Program-made: the position numbers and the translations under genes
Notes under the pieces: generated by a model
The model's database searches: none
What the model was told of the DNA's origin: nothing
Seen by the model: the letters and a program-made list of their open reading frames with translations, nothing else
Shown: positions 26,644-39,914 of the stretch, one piece after another
How the letters are laid out: each line of letters starts with the position of its first letter
Numbering within the stretch: position 1 is the stretch's first letter
Origin: Octopus sinensis
Taxonomy: Eukaryota
Length of the DNA stretch: 64,000 nucleotides
Assembly (NCBI RefSeq): GCF_006345805.1
Contig: NW_021833108.1
Coordinates: 5,899 to 69,898, forward strand
Direction: 5' to 3'

Positions 26644-26687
26644 ACACAACGTTTCAAACGATATACTCTCCAGCTTTCATCAGGTGT
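26644..26687 (-). ncRNA. Minimal hammerhead-like motif with degenerate stem II
   Basis: Reverse complement ACAC-CTGATGA-aagctg...cgttt-GAAAC-GTT^-GTGT: perfect stem I, loopless ACGT stem III. Confidence 0.45.
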
Positions 26688-26771
26688 CCTGGGGAAATTT
26701 CGAACCTGGGTTCTCATTCCTAAAGTTTTTCTTTTATGTTGTTATTACCATCATTATTATTATTAATCAAC

Positions 26772-26838
26772 TCACTGCTTGGAATCGAACTTGGAATCTT
26801 GGGGTTAGTAGCCCGCGCTCTTAACCACTACACCATAG
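26772..26838 (-). mobile_element. tRNA-derived SINE head or tRNA pseudogene
   Basis: Reverse complement 'tatggtgtagtggttaagagcgcgggctactaaccccaagattccaagttcgattcc' has A/B boxes and an anticodon-like stem but no good acceptor stem. Confidence 0.55.
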
Positions 26839-26954
26839 CCTACGGGTCGGGTTTACACGGTTAATCCGAAATAGGTAATTCATTTCCTCGAATTTGTAAA
26901 TCCTCACTTTCGATGAACTGAAAGCCATTCAATCAACCATCCGCGCGCGCGCGC

Positions 26955-27022
<68 letters not shown>

Positions 27023-27050
27023 GTATATATATATATATAATATATATATA

Positions 27051-27100
<50 letters not shown>

Positions 27101-27404
27101 TATACATATTCTGTTGTGTCTGGGGAGAGTCATTCTCTTTTAGTGCCTTATTATTTAACACACTCACCGGTAAAATTTCCACTTATTTCTTATTTTTTAT
27201 TTTCTAAAATTTTCGTTGCGTCTTGCAACCTTTTCAATAGTCTTGACTCTGTTCGTTATTTACACTGCGTTCCCTTTTGTTTGTCTGTGCGCATGTGTGT
27301 GGGTCAGTGGGTCAGTATGTGTGTGTGCCTATACATGCACGCATGTACGTATGTATGTGTGTGCATGTTTGCATGTGTATGTATGTATATATGTGTGTGT
27401 ATGC

Positions 27405-27435
<31 letters not shown>

Positions 27436-27735
27436 TGCATGTATATATGTATGTACGTGTGTGCATCTGTATGTACGTATCCTGCATATTTATGTGCTTG
27501 CCTGTCCGTGTTTGTGTATTTTCTATGTATGTGTGTGTGAGCATGTGTTTGTATATGTATGCACCTCTGTCTACTTGTATGTGCATGTCTGTATGTGTGT
27601 GTGTTATGTAACTATGTACCATGCTTGTATGTATGGATGTGTATCTTTATATGTGTGGATCCGTGTCTCCATATGTGTCTGTTCATATAGTCTATATACC
27701 TATCCGTCTGTATATTGATCTGTTTATTTAAATAA

Positions 27736-28867
27736 ATGTTAGCAGAACAGTCCACAACTCTCCTACTCTACAGTAGATATGTAGATGACATTAATATAAT
27801 AGTTAGAACCAACTCTAGTGACGGTAATGTAGAGACTGAGAAGAACGTAATGGAGAGCATCCAGCAAATAGCTAACTCCATCCACCAAAGTATCAAGGTA
27901 ACAATAGATTACCCCAATAAGCACCCCAACAATAGACTCCCTGTACTTGATATTGAACTTTGGTTAGAGAATGTAAACAATAGAGTGCAGCTCCTCCACT
28001 CTTATTACATGAAACCTGTAACTTCAAAATATGTTGTTCACAAGAACTCAGCTTTGTCACACAACATGAAAATTAACATGCTAATAGCAGACCTAGTTAG
28101 AATAATGAACAATGTGTCCCCATTATGCGAACCCCATGAAATGAAGAAACATATACAGAACTTCATACACCGCATGCAGTTCTCTGGATATGATCAGAAA
28201 GATAGGGTTCGTGTATATAGGAGGGCTAGAAAGAAATTAGATAACATTATGCATAATGATACCAGAGATACCTGCCCTAGATATAGAAACAAAGAATGGA
28301 ATAGAATACAAAAAACTTGTGACAAAGCAAACAGGGCGAACACGTGGTATAAAACCGACAAATGTCAAGGAGTGATGTTTGTAGAGGCCACAGCCAATGC
28401 AGAACTAGCCCGTAGATTTAGAAAAGCTCTGAAGGAGACCAAATTCAACATTAAAATTGTTGAAAAGCCAGGGAACTCCGTCAGATCACAACTATGTAGT
28501 GAATACTCTATGCACCAATGATAACTGCATGGTATGTAGAATTAGCCCTGGTATTAACTGTAGAACTCGAAATGTAGTTTACAGCATAAGATGCATAGAA
28601 GGTGCTTGTAAGGACATGAACATGATCTACATAGGGGAGACGTCTAGGAGCATTGCGGAACGGATAAATGAACATTTAAGACAATATGACGACAGAAAAC
28701 AGTGCTCCATACTCTACCAACATGCCAAAGACCACCATGGAGGTAATTTGGGTCAACTTGACATCCACATCTTATCCAAGTACCCAAAAGACCCAACACT
28801 CAGACAAATACGGGAGTACGTCCTTATAAATGAAACTTCCTCAATATTAAATTGGAAATATACATAA
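27736..28867 (+). mobile_element. Penelope-like element, 5'-truncated: RT C-terminus/thumb and GIY-YIG endonuclease, one frameshift near 28490
   Basis: ORF 27736..28521 has RYVDD...DYP..LPVLD...YMKP...FSGY; ORF 28457..28867 has C..CMVC..NCRTRNVVYSIRC..C..IYIGETSRSIAERINEH...RQIREYVLI. Confidence 0.9.
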
Positions 28868-30071
28868 TAAATACCACACCTCCATACCCACAGTTTACAC
28901 AGGTAGAGTAGAATAGTTAGTGGACTGTCAGGTAGATAAATGTATGTATGTAGGTGTGAGTTTGTATGTATGCCTTTTTTTAAATATTTTTTTTAATATT
29001 TTTTAATATTTTTTAATATGTTTTATTTTTTATTTCTGTATGTAAGCATTTAGATATGTTAATAAGCAGATCAATATACAGATCAAGTATATCTCCGTAA
29101 TTTTTTTTAAATCCCTGTGGATAAATGCCAGCAATGACCTTCCCAGGGTCTCCAATATTTTGATTTCTAAACAGAAATAATAGGGGCAGCGAGTGGGATT
29201 GCAAAAAATTCATAATTTCTCAAATTTTCTTTTTTATAGCATATAAATGTATTTAAGGGGAAAGAATATTGAAAAAATATCAATAGATGAGAGGGTGAAG
29301 AAACGAGGAGGGTTGTATTTCGATGTGCTAGAAACAATAGCCAAATTGTCCTTAAATCAGTCATTTTTCCCTCTGAAAATATCAACAACTTTAAAAAAAA
29401 TTTTACCGAAAATGGTCTTCCGTGGTTTTGAAATGCAAAAAAAAAAATTGGTCAAAATAGATCCAGAGTAGGAGGATGAGGGAGGTGGGGTTGTAAAATA
29501 AAAGATTTTCAAAACTTTTTCATACAAACATGTCTCCCCCTCATCCCAACCTCATCATTTCGAAAGATGTTTAAAAAAATAAAAATGGGGAAAAACCCCG
29601 AAAAGATTTCCCCACAAATTTCTTTAAAATCGTAATCTATGCCGTTTGAATGGGATTTATATCAATTTTCATTAAATGATACCGTTTTCCCGAAAGTTAT
29701 GCGGAGAAAATGTCAGATCGTGTGAATTTTCCAAAACTCCTCTCTCCACCCTCTCGGAAAAATTCTTTCCCATAAATCCCTATATACTCTGAAGCCACAA
29801 TATCTAAGTGGTATTTGTAGAAAATTTTATTAAAAAGTATTCATTTTTCTAGATGTTATGAGGCAACAAACTCGGGGGTGTATACATCTGTAGTATTGCC
29901 CTTTTATTTATACGATTTTTCATTTCATGTCTATTTCATTCATTGTTTGCAATGTTCTCTCTCCCCCGCTCTCTCTCTCTCTCTCACACACACATACACA
30001 CATACACATGTATGGATAATACCGTACTAAAGTCTAGTGCCTCAACTTACGTACCATATTCATCTGAATCT

Positions 30072-30181
<110 letters not shown>

Positions 30182-30308
30182 TCAGGGTGAGTACTTGATA
30201 ATTGTAAGCACCTGTATATACCGCATTATGTCGTACGCGAATGAGAGGATTTGCATCCCCAACCAAGAATTTTTGATGTAATACATGTCCTTGTGGAAGT
30301 TGTTGTGC

Positions 30309-30386
30309 GCGGCTGAAGAAGGCCACAGACATACATTATGCATTGTTATAAATCCGTCTAATAAAGGCCCGAAACATATGTACCGC
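30309..30386 (+). ncRNA. Type I hammerhead ribozyme motif at the 3' end of a ~240-bp element flanked by (TA)n
   Basis: GCGG-CTGAAGA-A-GGCC...GGCC-C-GAAAC-ATAT-GTA^-CCGC: perfect stem I, palindromic stem III ACATATGT. Confidence 0.7.
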
Positions 30387-30479
30387 TGAATCCTTGGCAT
30401 CATGTTTTTATTTTGATTAATTTATATATATATAGCATTAATAAATCTCCGAACGAGATATAAATAGTAACCGCTCGAC

Positions 30480-30650
30480 AACGTAAAGTGTACTAGCCAT
30501 CTGAATGTGGCTAGCCACTGGGGGTGGGGTGTTACTGACGCTTTTGTGTCTAAGGCCAGCTGGTGACGTTGATCTCCTGGTGCTAAAAGCGTCAGTAACA
30601 CCCCACCCCCAGTGGCTAGCCACATTCAGATAGCTAGTACACTTTACGTT
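30480..30650. repeat. Fold-back inverted repeat, 66-bp arms (1 mismatch), 39-nt spacer
   Basis: 30480-30545 is the reverse complement of 30585-30650. Confidence 0.9.
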
Positions 30651-30760
30651 ATATATATATATATATAGGGAGAGAGAGAGAGAGACATATTATTATTATT
30701 ATTATTATTATTGAAAAAATTAGAGTCAACAAGAAGGGTACAGCTGGACATTTATTCTTT

Positions 30761-30868
30761 AATCACTACAGTTGTTTCCACGCAACGCAGTTCTCCAGGT
30801 GTGCAGGTACTTGATTATGCAACTGTTTCTCTGCATTATGAGAACTAGTTGGGTTTCCTCAAGCGATT
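30761..30868 (-). ncRNA. Hammerhead variant motif (U at core position 3)
   Basis: Reverse complement AATCGC-TTGAGGA-A-ACCCAAC..AGTTCTC...GAGAACT..GTTGCGT-G-GAAAC-AACT-GTA^-GTGATT: 6-bp stem I, extended stem II. Confidence 0.55.
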
Positions 30869-30902
30869 TTTAAATATTGTCTCCGTAAGTTTGCTTAATT
30901 TT

Positions 30903-31142
30903 ATTTTACTTGTTTCAGTCATTTGACTGCGGTCATGCTGGAGCACCGCGTTTTAGTCGTACAAATCGACCCCGTCGACTCTCTTTTTTCTTTTTGTAAG
31001 CCTCGTACATATTCTATCGGTCTCTTTTGCCGAACCGCTCAGTAACGGGGGCGTAAACACACCAACATCAGTTGTCAAACGATGGTGGGGGGGGGGCGAA
31101 CACAGGCAAACGAACATATACATTTGTATGTGTGCGCGTATA

Positions 31143-31208
<66 letters not shown>

Positions 31209-31239
31209 TACATACATACATCATACATACATACATACA

Positions 31240-31270
<31 letters not shown>

Positions 31271-32326
31271 GTATGTATATATATATCTTTATACATATAA
31301 AACTGAAAATGTGTGTGTGTGTGTGTCTGTCTGTCTGTCTGTCTGTGTGTTTCCCTAAAACTTGAGAACAACACAACCAATTTCATTCAAATTTTACACG
31401 TCTTACTTAGGGTGTCATCGGCAAAAAAAGTTGATCTTTTTGCCTAGAGCGAGCCCATAGCAATATCATATCTTCTCCACTATTTCAGTATTACGTGTTA
31501 AAAGTGAAACAAAAACGTTTCTCTATTTTATGTCAGATACTTTCACTTTAACAATAAAACTAATAATAATAATTGAATTATATGTAGTAAGTAATAATTA
31601 AAATCAAACTAAAGTATAATATAATTGTAACATAACAAAAGTAAAAATAGCAATTGGTATAAAATTGCATCAATGATTTGAACTTGAATAACTGGTTTCA
31701 CATGAATGGGAATAAATTAAAAATAAAATTAGCGTGCAAAAATGAAATAGTCCAGATGGATAATAAAAAATTAAATTAAAGAAAAGACTATTGTCTATAA
31801 AGTATACAATGTAGAGAAAAAAGACGATTTGAAGACATGAAGGAAAGCACCCTCGAAAAGTGTCTTGGTGCGACTATGAAAGGTATCTAATCAGAGGCGG
31901 TAAATTCGCCACAATAGAAGCAAGGTTCGAGTCAACGGAGCGTGCAAGGAAGTACTCGACTCGAACTTGCAAAGTGGAAATATTTTATTTTTACCATTAT
32001 ATCTGGGACGTAGGACGTGCCGGAAAAAATTTAAAATGTCCCCTCCCCCACCAGAAGTAGAGGTAGGCTGGATTGTAGCCACACTTCTATACAAGAGGGA
32101 GGACAAGATACAATTGATCGAAATTACAAGAGACGGGCTAACAATTCCAGTCTGTTATATATTTTGAGTATTGTTATCACTAGCGATATCAAGATATAAC
32201 TTTGTATTTTGTATTTTATGTGTAGATGTATATATATATAGATGTACATGTAATATGTACACATATATATACACATATATACATGCACTAGCACTATGAC
32301 CCGGCAACGACGGGTCTTTAATGCTA

Positions 32327-32363
<37 letters not shown>

Positions 32364-32702
32364 TGAAGATATTATGCTCACGTCATATGAATTTGATATT
32401 CAATTAATTAAGAGTATTAATTGAAACAGCTGTAAGTGATGATTGATTTGTTGTTAATAATAAACAGTTAACTTCCCAATCTTCATTTTCTTTTTCACAT
32501 ATATATATATATATATATATACACATACACACAGACACGACGGGCTTCTTTCAGTTTCCGTCTAGCAAATCCACTCGCTAGGCTTGATTCGGTTCAAAGC
32601 TATGGTAGAAAACACTTGTCCAAGGTGCCACGCACTGGGACTGAATCCAGAACCATGTGGCTGGGAAGCAAGTTTCTTACCACACAGCCACGCCTGCGCC
32701 TA
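30903..32702 (-). mobile_element. SINE family A split by a Helitron (tail 30903-31125, head 32538-32702)
   Basis: Both halves colinear on the minus strand, with the microsatellite and Helitron between them. Confidence 0.7.
31286..32327 (+). mobile_element. Complete non-autonomous Helitron (~1.04 kb)
   Basis: 5' A|TC, 3' hairpin gacccg-gcaacga-cgggtc (32298-32316), then CTAG|T; inserted in a TA-rich tract. Confidence 0.88.
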
Positions 32703-32944
32703 TTTCAACAACTTTCTTTTTTATACAATTACTAATAAACTTTAATTATCGCCGAGGCCGCCTTTGCCTTCCATCCTTTTGGTGACGATAAAATAAGTAC
32801 CAGTTATGCACTGATACGATGTTATTGACTACCGCCTCCCTCAAAATTGCTGGCCTTGTGTCAGAATTTTAAACTAATAATATTTAATAAAAGAAGTATA
32901 ATAGGAATATTTTTAATCATCAAATGGCTATGAGGGCCCATACA

Positions 32945-33015
32945 GGAATCAAAGTAGAGTCAAAGCAGAGTCAAAGTAGAGTCAAAGTAGAGTCAAAGTA
33001 GAGTCAAATAGGAAT
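32945..33015. repeat. 11-bp tandem repeat (AGAGTCAAAGT) x5-6
   Basis: Direct inspection. Confidence 0.85.
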
Positions 33016-33034
33016 CAGAGGGGCTCGGGACTTA

Positions 33035-33275
33035 ACTTGTTTCGGTCATATAACTGCGGACTTATTGGGACACCGCCTTTAGTCGAACAAATCAACCAGA
33101 GGACTTATTCTTTGTAAGCCTAGTACTTATTCTATCGGTCTCTTTTGCCGAACCGCTGTATAACTGGGACGTAAACACACCAACATCGGTTGTCAAGCAA
33201 TGGTGGTCGGCCAAACACAAACACACGAACATATATAATGTGTGTGTGTATGTGTATGTGTGTGTGTGTGGTGTG

Positions 33276-33307
<32 letters not shown>

Positions 33308-33455
33308 TGTGTATGCGTGCCTGTGTGTTTGTGTGTGCGGCGCATAGCTCAGTGGTTAGAGCAGAAGACACTCGCCCAAGTTGCCACGCAGTGGAATTGA
33401 ACTCAGAACCATGTGGCTGAGAGACAAGATTCTTACCACACAGTCACTCCTGCAT
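33035..33455 (-). mobile_element. SINE family A, rearranged, with a short + strand tRNA-like head fragment at 33339-33362
   Basis: Tail 33035-33230; partial head 33362-33455. Confidence 0.7.
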
Positions 33456-33649
33456 CTTATGCGTACTTCATTTTTTTAGGATGCGAGGATCTAATTTCAG
33501 AGTGTTTTCGTTATCATTTCTTGCATATAGAGCGACCACGTGGGGGTTTGACGTTAATGATGTGAGTCCAGTTTTGTGGAGGCGAGAGAAGGGAGTTGTT
33601 AATGTCTTTTTCTCGATGGTGTCCAGGGCGGTGACGCTGGAAGTGTCGG

Positions 33650-33797
33650 TGCTGTTGTTGTTGTTGTTGTTGTTGTCGTCGTTGCTGCAGTTGTTGCTCT
33701 TGTGCTGCTGGTAATGTTAGTGCTGTTGCAGGCGGCGAGGACGGTTCTGGCCATTTTGTTATTGCTTGTTTTTCGTTGTTGTTGCTGCTGTTGATGA

Positions 33798-33839
<42 letters not shown>

Positions 33840-33905
33840 CGACGATGGTGATGATGATGAGGAGGAGGAGGATGAGGATGATGATGATGATGGCGATGAT
33901 GGTGA

Positions 33906-33939
<34 letters not shown>

Positions 33940-35600
33940 GCTAGTAGTGCTGGTGTTTGTTTTCGACACATATATACAGACCAACACCACCATCACCATC
34001 ACCATCACCACCGCTACCACTGTACTCGCACCCTAACCAGACCACACCCACACCTCTTTTTCGACCTCTTCCCTCTGTTTACACCCCACGCGCATCACCC
34101 CACCCACCAACTACACCGAATACACATCTCTCACACCACACCCTTAATGCGTACCGTCGCATATACCCACCATCCCGCTCCTTATTACCAAGTACCCTTG
34201 CCTTGCCTTGCCGCACCGTAACATCGACTTCCACCGCCCCTCCTGCCACCCCCTATATCTTATCACGTCCACCCCGCACCCTGCCCTTCCACCCACCACC
34301 ACCCCCACTCCCATTCACTCTCTCTACGCGCACACCACACTCGAGTACATTACCCCCTGCATCCACCCTGAACACCCCTACCAACACTACTCCCAGAGCG
34401 GCTACAACCCTCATCCCACCCGTATTTTTTCGCACTATACCAAACACCAGCACACGCTCACACACAAGCACATACTCAACTTCCCGCTCACCCCTCCTCA
34501 TTCTCCTCTCTCTCTCTCTCTCTCTCTCTCTTGCCGCCGCCGTCGCGCCATCATCACCGCCAACTCCGCCACAAACACCTACATCATCACCACCACCAGC
34601 AACAACACCAACACCGCCATCGTTATCACCACCTCCACCACCACCATCACCACCACCACCACCACACACCATCAGTCAGCTCGACTTGTTTTTTTGGGTC
34701 ATATCTTCAGGATGTTAATATGATAGCAAGGATTATGGTATTGAAGGTGGTGGTGGTAGTGGTGGTGGTGGTAGTGAGGGTTGTGGCGGCAGCGGCGACG
34801 GTGGTGGTGGTAGTGCGGTGATGTCAGTGGCGGTGGTGATGATGGTGGCAAACGTAGTGGTGGTGGTGATGGTGGTGGTGGTGTTGATGATGGTGGCGAA
34901 CGTAATGGCCGTGATGATGGTGGTGGTGATGGTGATGGTGGTGGTGGTGACGGTCGTCGTCGTAGTGGTTGTAGGGCCACGGCAAGGGTGGCAGTAGGGA
35001 TTGTAGTAGTGGGTAAAATTGTAGTGGTAAGGTTGTAGTGGTTGTTGTATTGGTAGCGACAACTGGTAGAGATGACGGCAGTAATGGTATTGGTCATTGG
35101 TAGCTGTAAGGGTAGTGGCAGTAAATGGTGGTAGTGATGGTACTAATGGTAGTTGTAGTGGTGGTGGTGGTGGTGGTGCTGGTGCTGGTGCTGGTGCTGG
35201 TGGTGCTGGTGCTGGTGCTGGTGCTGGTGCTGGTGCTGGTTTTGTAGTCTGAAACATGGAAGAGGTGATAATGCTGAGGATGAGAGAAGAATATAGTGTC
35301 CATGGTAATGCAGGTGGCGGAGCTGGTGGGGTTGGTAGTGGTAGAAGTGGTGATGGTGGTGATAGTGGTGGTAGTAGTAGTGGTGGTAGTGGTGATGGTG
35401 GTACTTATTGTTGTTGTTGTTATTGGTGGTGGTGGTGTTGGTGGTGTTGGTGGTGTTGGTGGTGGTAGTGGTACTTGTTTTGTTGTTGTTGTTGGTGGTG
35501 GTGGTGGTGGTGATGGTGGTGGTGGTGGTGGTGGTGGTGGTGGTGGTGGCGGCGGCGGCGGTGGTGGTGGTGGTGGTGGTGGTGGTGGTAGACTGAGGAT
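33650..35600. repeat. Low-complexity trinucleotide block (GAT/GAC/GGT, central CAC-rich segment, (GGTGCT)n)
   Basis: Direct inspection; strand composition flips near 33975 and 34680. Confidence 0.8.
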
Positions 35601-36699
35601 TATGATGATTGTCGCAGTCGCAATGGCAAAGAATTGTCTATGCCCCTACCCTGACCTCTAATTTTTTTCCAATACAAAAAACAAACACACTAAAACACAA
35701 ATGGCAATTAAAAAGATAGCATTTCAAGCACAAACATTTAGAGTTAGACGGTGAAAAAACAAAAATAGCTCATTTGTAACAAAAACAATAAAAACAGCAG
35801 CGAGAACACCACCAACAATAACAACAAAAAGAGAGTTTTGCTAACGTTGCGGATTATAGAGGTAGAAGATGTGAACGCGATCTTGGAAAAGGGAAAAAAT
35901 TAGGCCAGATGAGTTGCATAAGAGAGTACCTCCTTGCCCAAGGAAATATGTCCGTGAAAGTACAAAGAAAGTACCATTCTTTAACAAATAATGGACAAGG
36001 TTTTTATACGAAATGAAAGGTTGTGTTTGTGGGAGTCTTGCGAAAGAATGCCTGCCTCTTCTCTCGGACAGAGCCCATAGAAGCGTGTACTCGTTTTTAT
36101 ATAACCTAGAATAATGAGCTGCGCTATACGCCTCTCTTCTAACGATAGATTCACCATGCGAAATACAAGGGATATTCAATGTTATTGGAGTCGCTGTGAA
36201 CCCTTGTTTCATTATCAACATTGTGGCACAGGCGGATTCTGAGTAATAAAGGGACTCGCAACATCATGTGCTCATTTTGAATCTGCTTGGACCTTTAGTG
36301 TCTTCCGAATATCGCAAAGCTATCCAGAAATTATATTCTAAAGTGGGCGCAGAAAAGAGGGCACACGGCTGAAGTGTAAAACAGAACGACTGCTCCAGGT
36401 ATGGGAATGAAAACCTTTTGGCCAGAATAGGAAAGTGGGGAAAATGAAGTGAAGAGCAGGGAAAGAAGAGAATAACAGTAAGAATAGCAAGTATATAAAG
36501 TACAAATAGAAGATAGGAAAACAATCTATGCAGCTCCACAGACTGTCAGAGCAGAAGTGTCGACTCTTTCAGAACATCATCAGTATTTGGGGTCGGTAAC
36601 CATCTTGATACAAGACGACCTCCAACACAGGCCAACCAGGGATCCACGCGGATCTATGATCACCCTGATCACCAAAAGCAAGTTTTCTCTTCAACAGGT

Positions 36700-37575
36700 C
36701 ACGATCTATAGGTACATGCTTAAAACAGTTCCATCTAGTCTGACCATTGTCTCCACAATGACCTTTCCGAAAATTTGGCTGGAGGAGAGCACTAACCTCT
36801 CTACCTTCACTTTTCTTTCTCCATTGAAATTCAAAAAGTCGACCGGAGATGAAGTTGACTGCCCTCAATCCGTTTAGCCTTGTCCGCCATACAGCCTCCT
36901 TCACGATAGCTACCAGACAGAGGAAAACTGCCCGATTAAAGGAGGACGTTGGAGCGAGTTTCAAAAGGACTCGGCCGATAGTCGGATCCTTTCTGTAAGT
37001 GTTGAGAGCTTCTCGACATAACTCCACAATCAGAAACGCCGGCACATTGCACAGGTGCATCTGGAACAGTTTCGCTCCTTTGCAAGCCTGACAACCAGAC
37101 TTGTCTCTATAGGTGTCAGCGCACGCTATAGGGATGATGGAGCAAATCAACCGTCCGATTTGTGGAACGCGCCCCCTAAACAGGTGGCTGAAAAACAGTT
37201 TCTCCAAACTGGTCAAACGGGAGCTGAGATAAGGCACAGCGGTCAGACAGCAAATTATGACGGAGATGTTATAGGAACTCCCCACCACATGACATCTTAC
37301 AGGGGTAACGTTCTCTCAGTGTATTCGTGGGAATTGTCACTCTTCTAACTTTTATCCAGTTACAGTCCATTTAGAGGTCCGGACCCAGACAAACTTCAAG
37401 CAGTTTAAGTTGTCAGTCCACCCAGCGCTTCAAAGTACTGTCCAATAACATAAATTTAGCTCTTCAGGTACCGAGCAGCAAGCCAACCAACTAGTCTGAA
37501 TTTTTCTTTACCCCCGGCATCGCTTCGTACACTTTTAGAATATTGTCGACCAGCTCTATTTCCGCAGTGTCCCAG
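36700..37575 (-). pseudogene. Degenerate, internally deleted Tx1-clade LINE ORF2 fragment
   Basis: EIELVDNILKVYEAMPGVK...; LTSLEKLFFSHLFRGRVPQIGRLIC; AVFLCLVAIVKEAVWRTRLNGL, homologous to 22368-23675 and 3060-3550. Confidence 0.75.
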
Positions 37576-37599
37576 ACCATATATATAAGTATGTATGTA

Positions 37600-37845
37600 T
37601 GTCTGTATATATGCAAGTATGTCTGTATATGTATACCTGTGTGTTTGGCCCCCACCACTGCTCGACAACCGGTCTTGGTGTGTTTACGTCCCCGAAACTT
37701 AGTGATTCGGCAAAAGAGGTGACGATAGAAGTAGTACAGCTTTAAAAAAAATATTAGAATTGATTCATTTGACAAAATATTCTTCAAGGCGGTGCCCCAG
37801 CAAGGCCACAGTCCAATGGCGGAAACAAGTAAAATATAAAGGTAA
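37600..37845 (+). mobile_element. SINE family A 3' half
   Basis: 'ctcgacaaccggtcttggtgtgtttacgtcccc...ggcggtgccccagcaaggccacagtcc'. Confidence 0.75.
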
Positions 37846-37931
37846 ACATGTATGTGTATATACACACACACACAAACATACACGCAAACACATACACACA
37901 AACACACACACACACATACATATTTATATGA

Positions 37932-38252
37932 AGGCGCATGGCTTTGTGATTAGGGCATTCGGCTCACGAGCGTAAGGTCGTGAGTTCAATTCCCAGCGAC
38001 GCGTTGCGTCCTTGAGCAAGACACTTTATTTCACGTTACTCCAGTCCTCTCACCTGGCAAAAATGAGTTGTACTTGTATTTCAAAGGGCCAGCCTTGTCA
38101 CACTCTGTGTCACACTGAATCTCACTGAAAACTACGGTAAGGGCACACGTGTCTGTGGAGTACTCAGCCACTTGCACGTTAATTTTACAAGCAAGCTGTT
38201 CCGTTGATCATATCAGCTGGAACCCTCATCGTTGTAACCGACGGAGCGCTCC
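37932..38252 (+). mobile_element. SINE family D head/CORE-like box joined to the family C type-1 tail
   Basis: 'gagttcaattccc...tccttgagcaagacactttatttcacg' then 'tgtatttcaaagggccagccttgtcac...ggaaccctcatcgttgtaaccgacggag', shared with 21338. Confidence 0.85.
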
Positions 38253-38727
38253 TCCTATATATATCTATATATATGTATATTTATATATAACTGAAAGAAG
38301 CACGTCGTATATATATATATATATATATACTTAGAAAAGGATGTGTGGCGTTCGATTATATAATTAAATAAATAATATATAAATATATGCATATATACAT
38401 ACATATATGTACATACCTACATATATATGTATATATACATGCATATGTGGGTACAGGACATAAAAAAAACGAAGTTGCGTCTTGTCCTTACCGTCGGAAC
38501 GCGGAGTAGATGAAACATGGACAACTGAAGAAGGGGAATATTTCTTGTGTTGTATGTCTCGTTTATCTGCTTTTTTTTCGTTGTTTCTATGTTTTTATTT
38601 TTATGTTTTCGTTCCTCATTGTGATCAACGTTTTTTGATGTCCTGTACCCATATATGCATGTATATATACATATATATGTAGGTATGTACATATATGTAT
38701 ATATATGTGTGTGCGTGTGTGTGTGGT

Positions 38728-39015
38728 TGTTCCTTCTCGAGCCACGCCTGGCTCAAAAGGGCCGGTTTCCCGTTTTCCTTGACGTATATGTTCCACACCT
38801 GGTCGGGACGCCGGTCCGTCGCAGGTGAGCTCAAGATGCAGGAGTGAGAGAAAGGTGTGGCGAAAGAGTCAGCAGAAGTTCGCCATCACCTTCTGCCGGA
38901 ACCGCGTGGAGTTTAGGTGTTTCGCTCATAGACACACACATCGCCCGGTCTGAGATTCGAACCCGCGATCCCTCGACCTCGAGTCCGCTGCTTTAAATAC
39001 TAGGCCATATACCTC

Positions 39016-39018
<3 letters not shown>
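38728..39018 (-). mobile_element. SINE family C with tail type 2
   Basis: Homologous to 18562-18845. Confidence 0.85.
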
Positions 39019-39083
<65 letters not shown>

Positions 39084-39092
39084 AATATATAT

Positions 39093-39144
<52 letters not shown>

Positions 39145-39210
39145 GTATATATATATATACATACACACACATATGTGTGTGTGTGTGTATGTGGTATATA
39201 TACATATACA

Positions 39211-39269
<59 letters not shown>

Positions 39270-39914
39270 AAAAAAAAAACAGTATAAGACATCTTTCGTA
39301 GTAGAGGTTCTACTCACTACGAAAGATGTCTTATACTGTTCTTTGATGATTTTTTGGAGTATACGTTATCTGAGCTGTTATATATTATTAGCAGATTGGT
39401 GTATAGATCTGTTGTGGTTGTGTTATTTTAATACCTGGTACGTGCAAGAACCTGTGTATTCTGTAGTTTGCTCCGTAGACGTTGCGCTATTAAACAGAGA
39501 TTCTCTTTCGTAGAAATGTGTGGTGTGTTAAACCGAGCCTATTTTTTGAACCGTATAGAGTTGAGAGCTCTGTGCGTTTTATATATTTTGGTTCCAGTTA
39601 TTTTTTATTTTTACTTTCACATCCCACATCCTGCTTGTTTCAATATCAACGTCATTGTACTGTGATAGTTTTTGTACCCCCTTCTGCGCCATGTTTTACA
39701 GAAAAATTGAAATATTTTTCCATCTTGTTCTCGATAATTCTATCGGGAATGTTCCCTTCGGCCCGTTTGTCAGATTGCACTAGGATTCTCAACCGGCGTC
39801 CATTTGACTCTTGATGGTGCGTATAAGATTTTGTTATTAAAATTTATGTAGAATAATTTGGTTAAATTTATTCTACATAAATAAATTTATGTTGAATAAA
39901 TTTTATTTATATTT

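Noticed and set aside
29160-29915. Possible Helitron/Helentron-like element
   Set aside because: Resemblance is general only; no clear termini or second copy in the window
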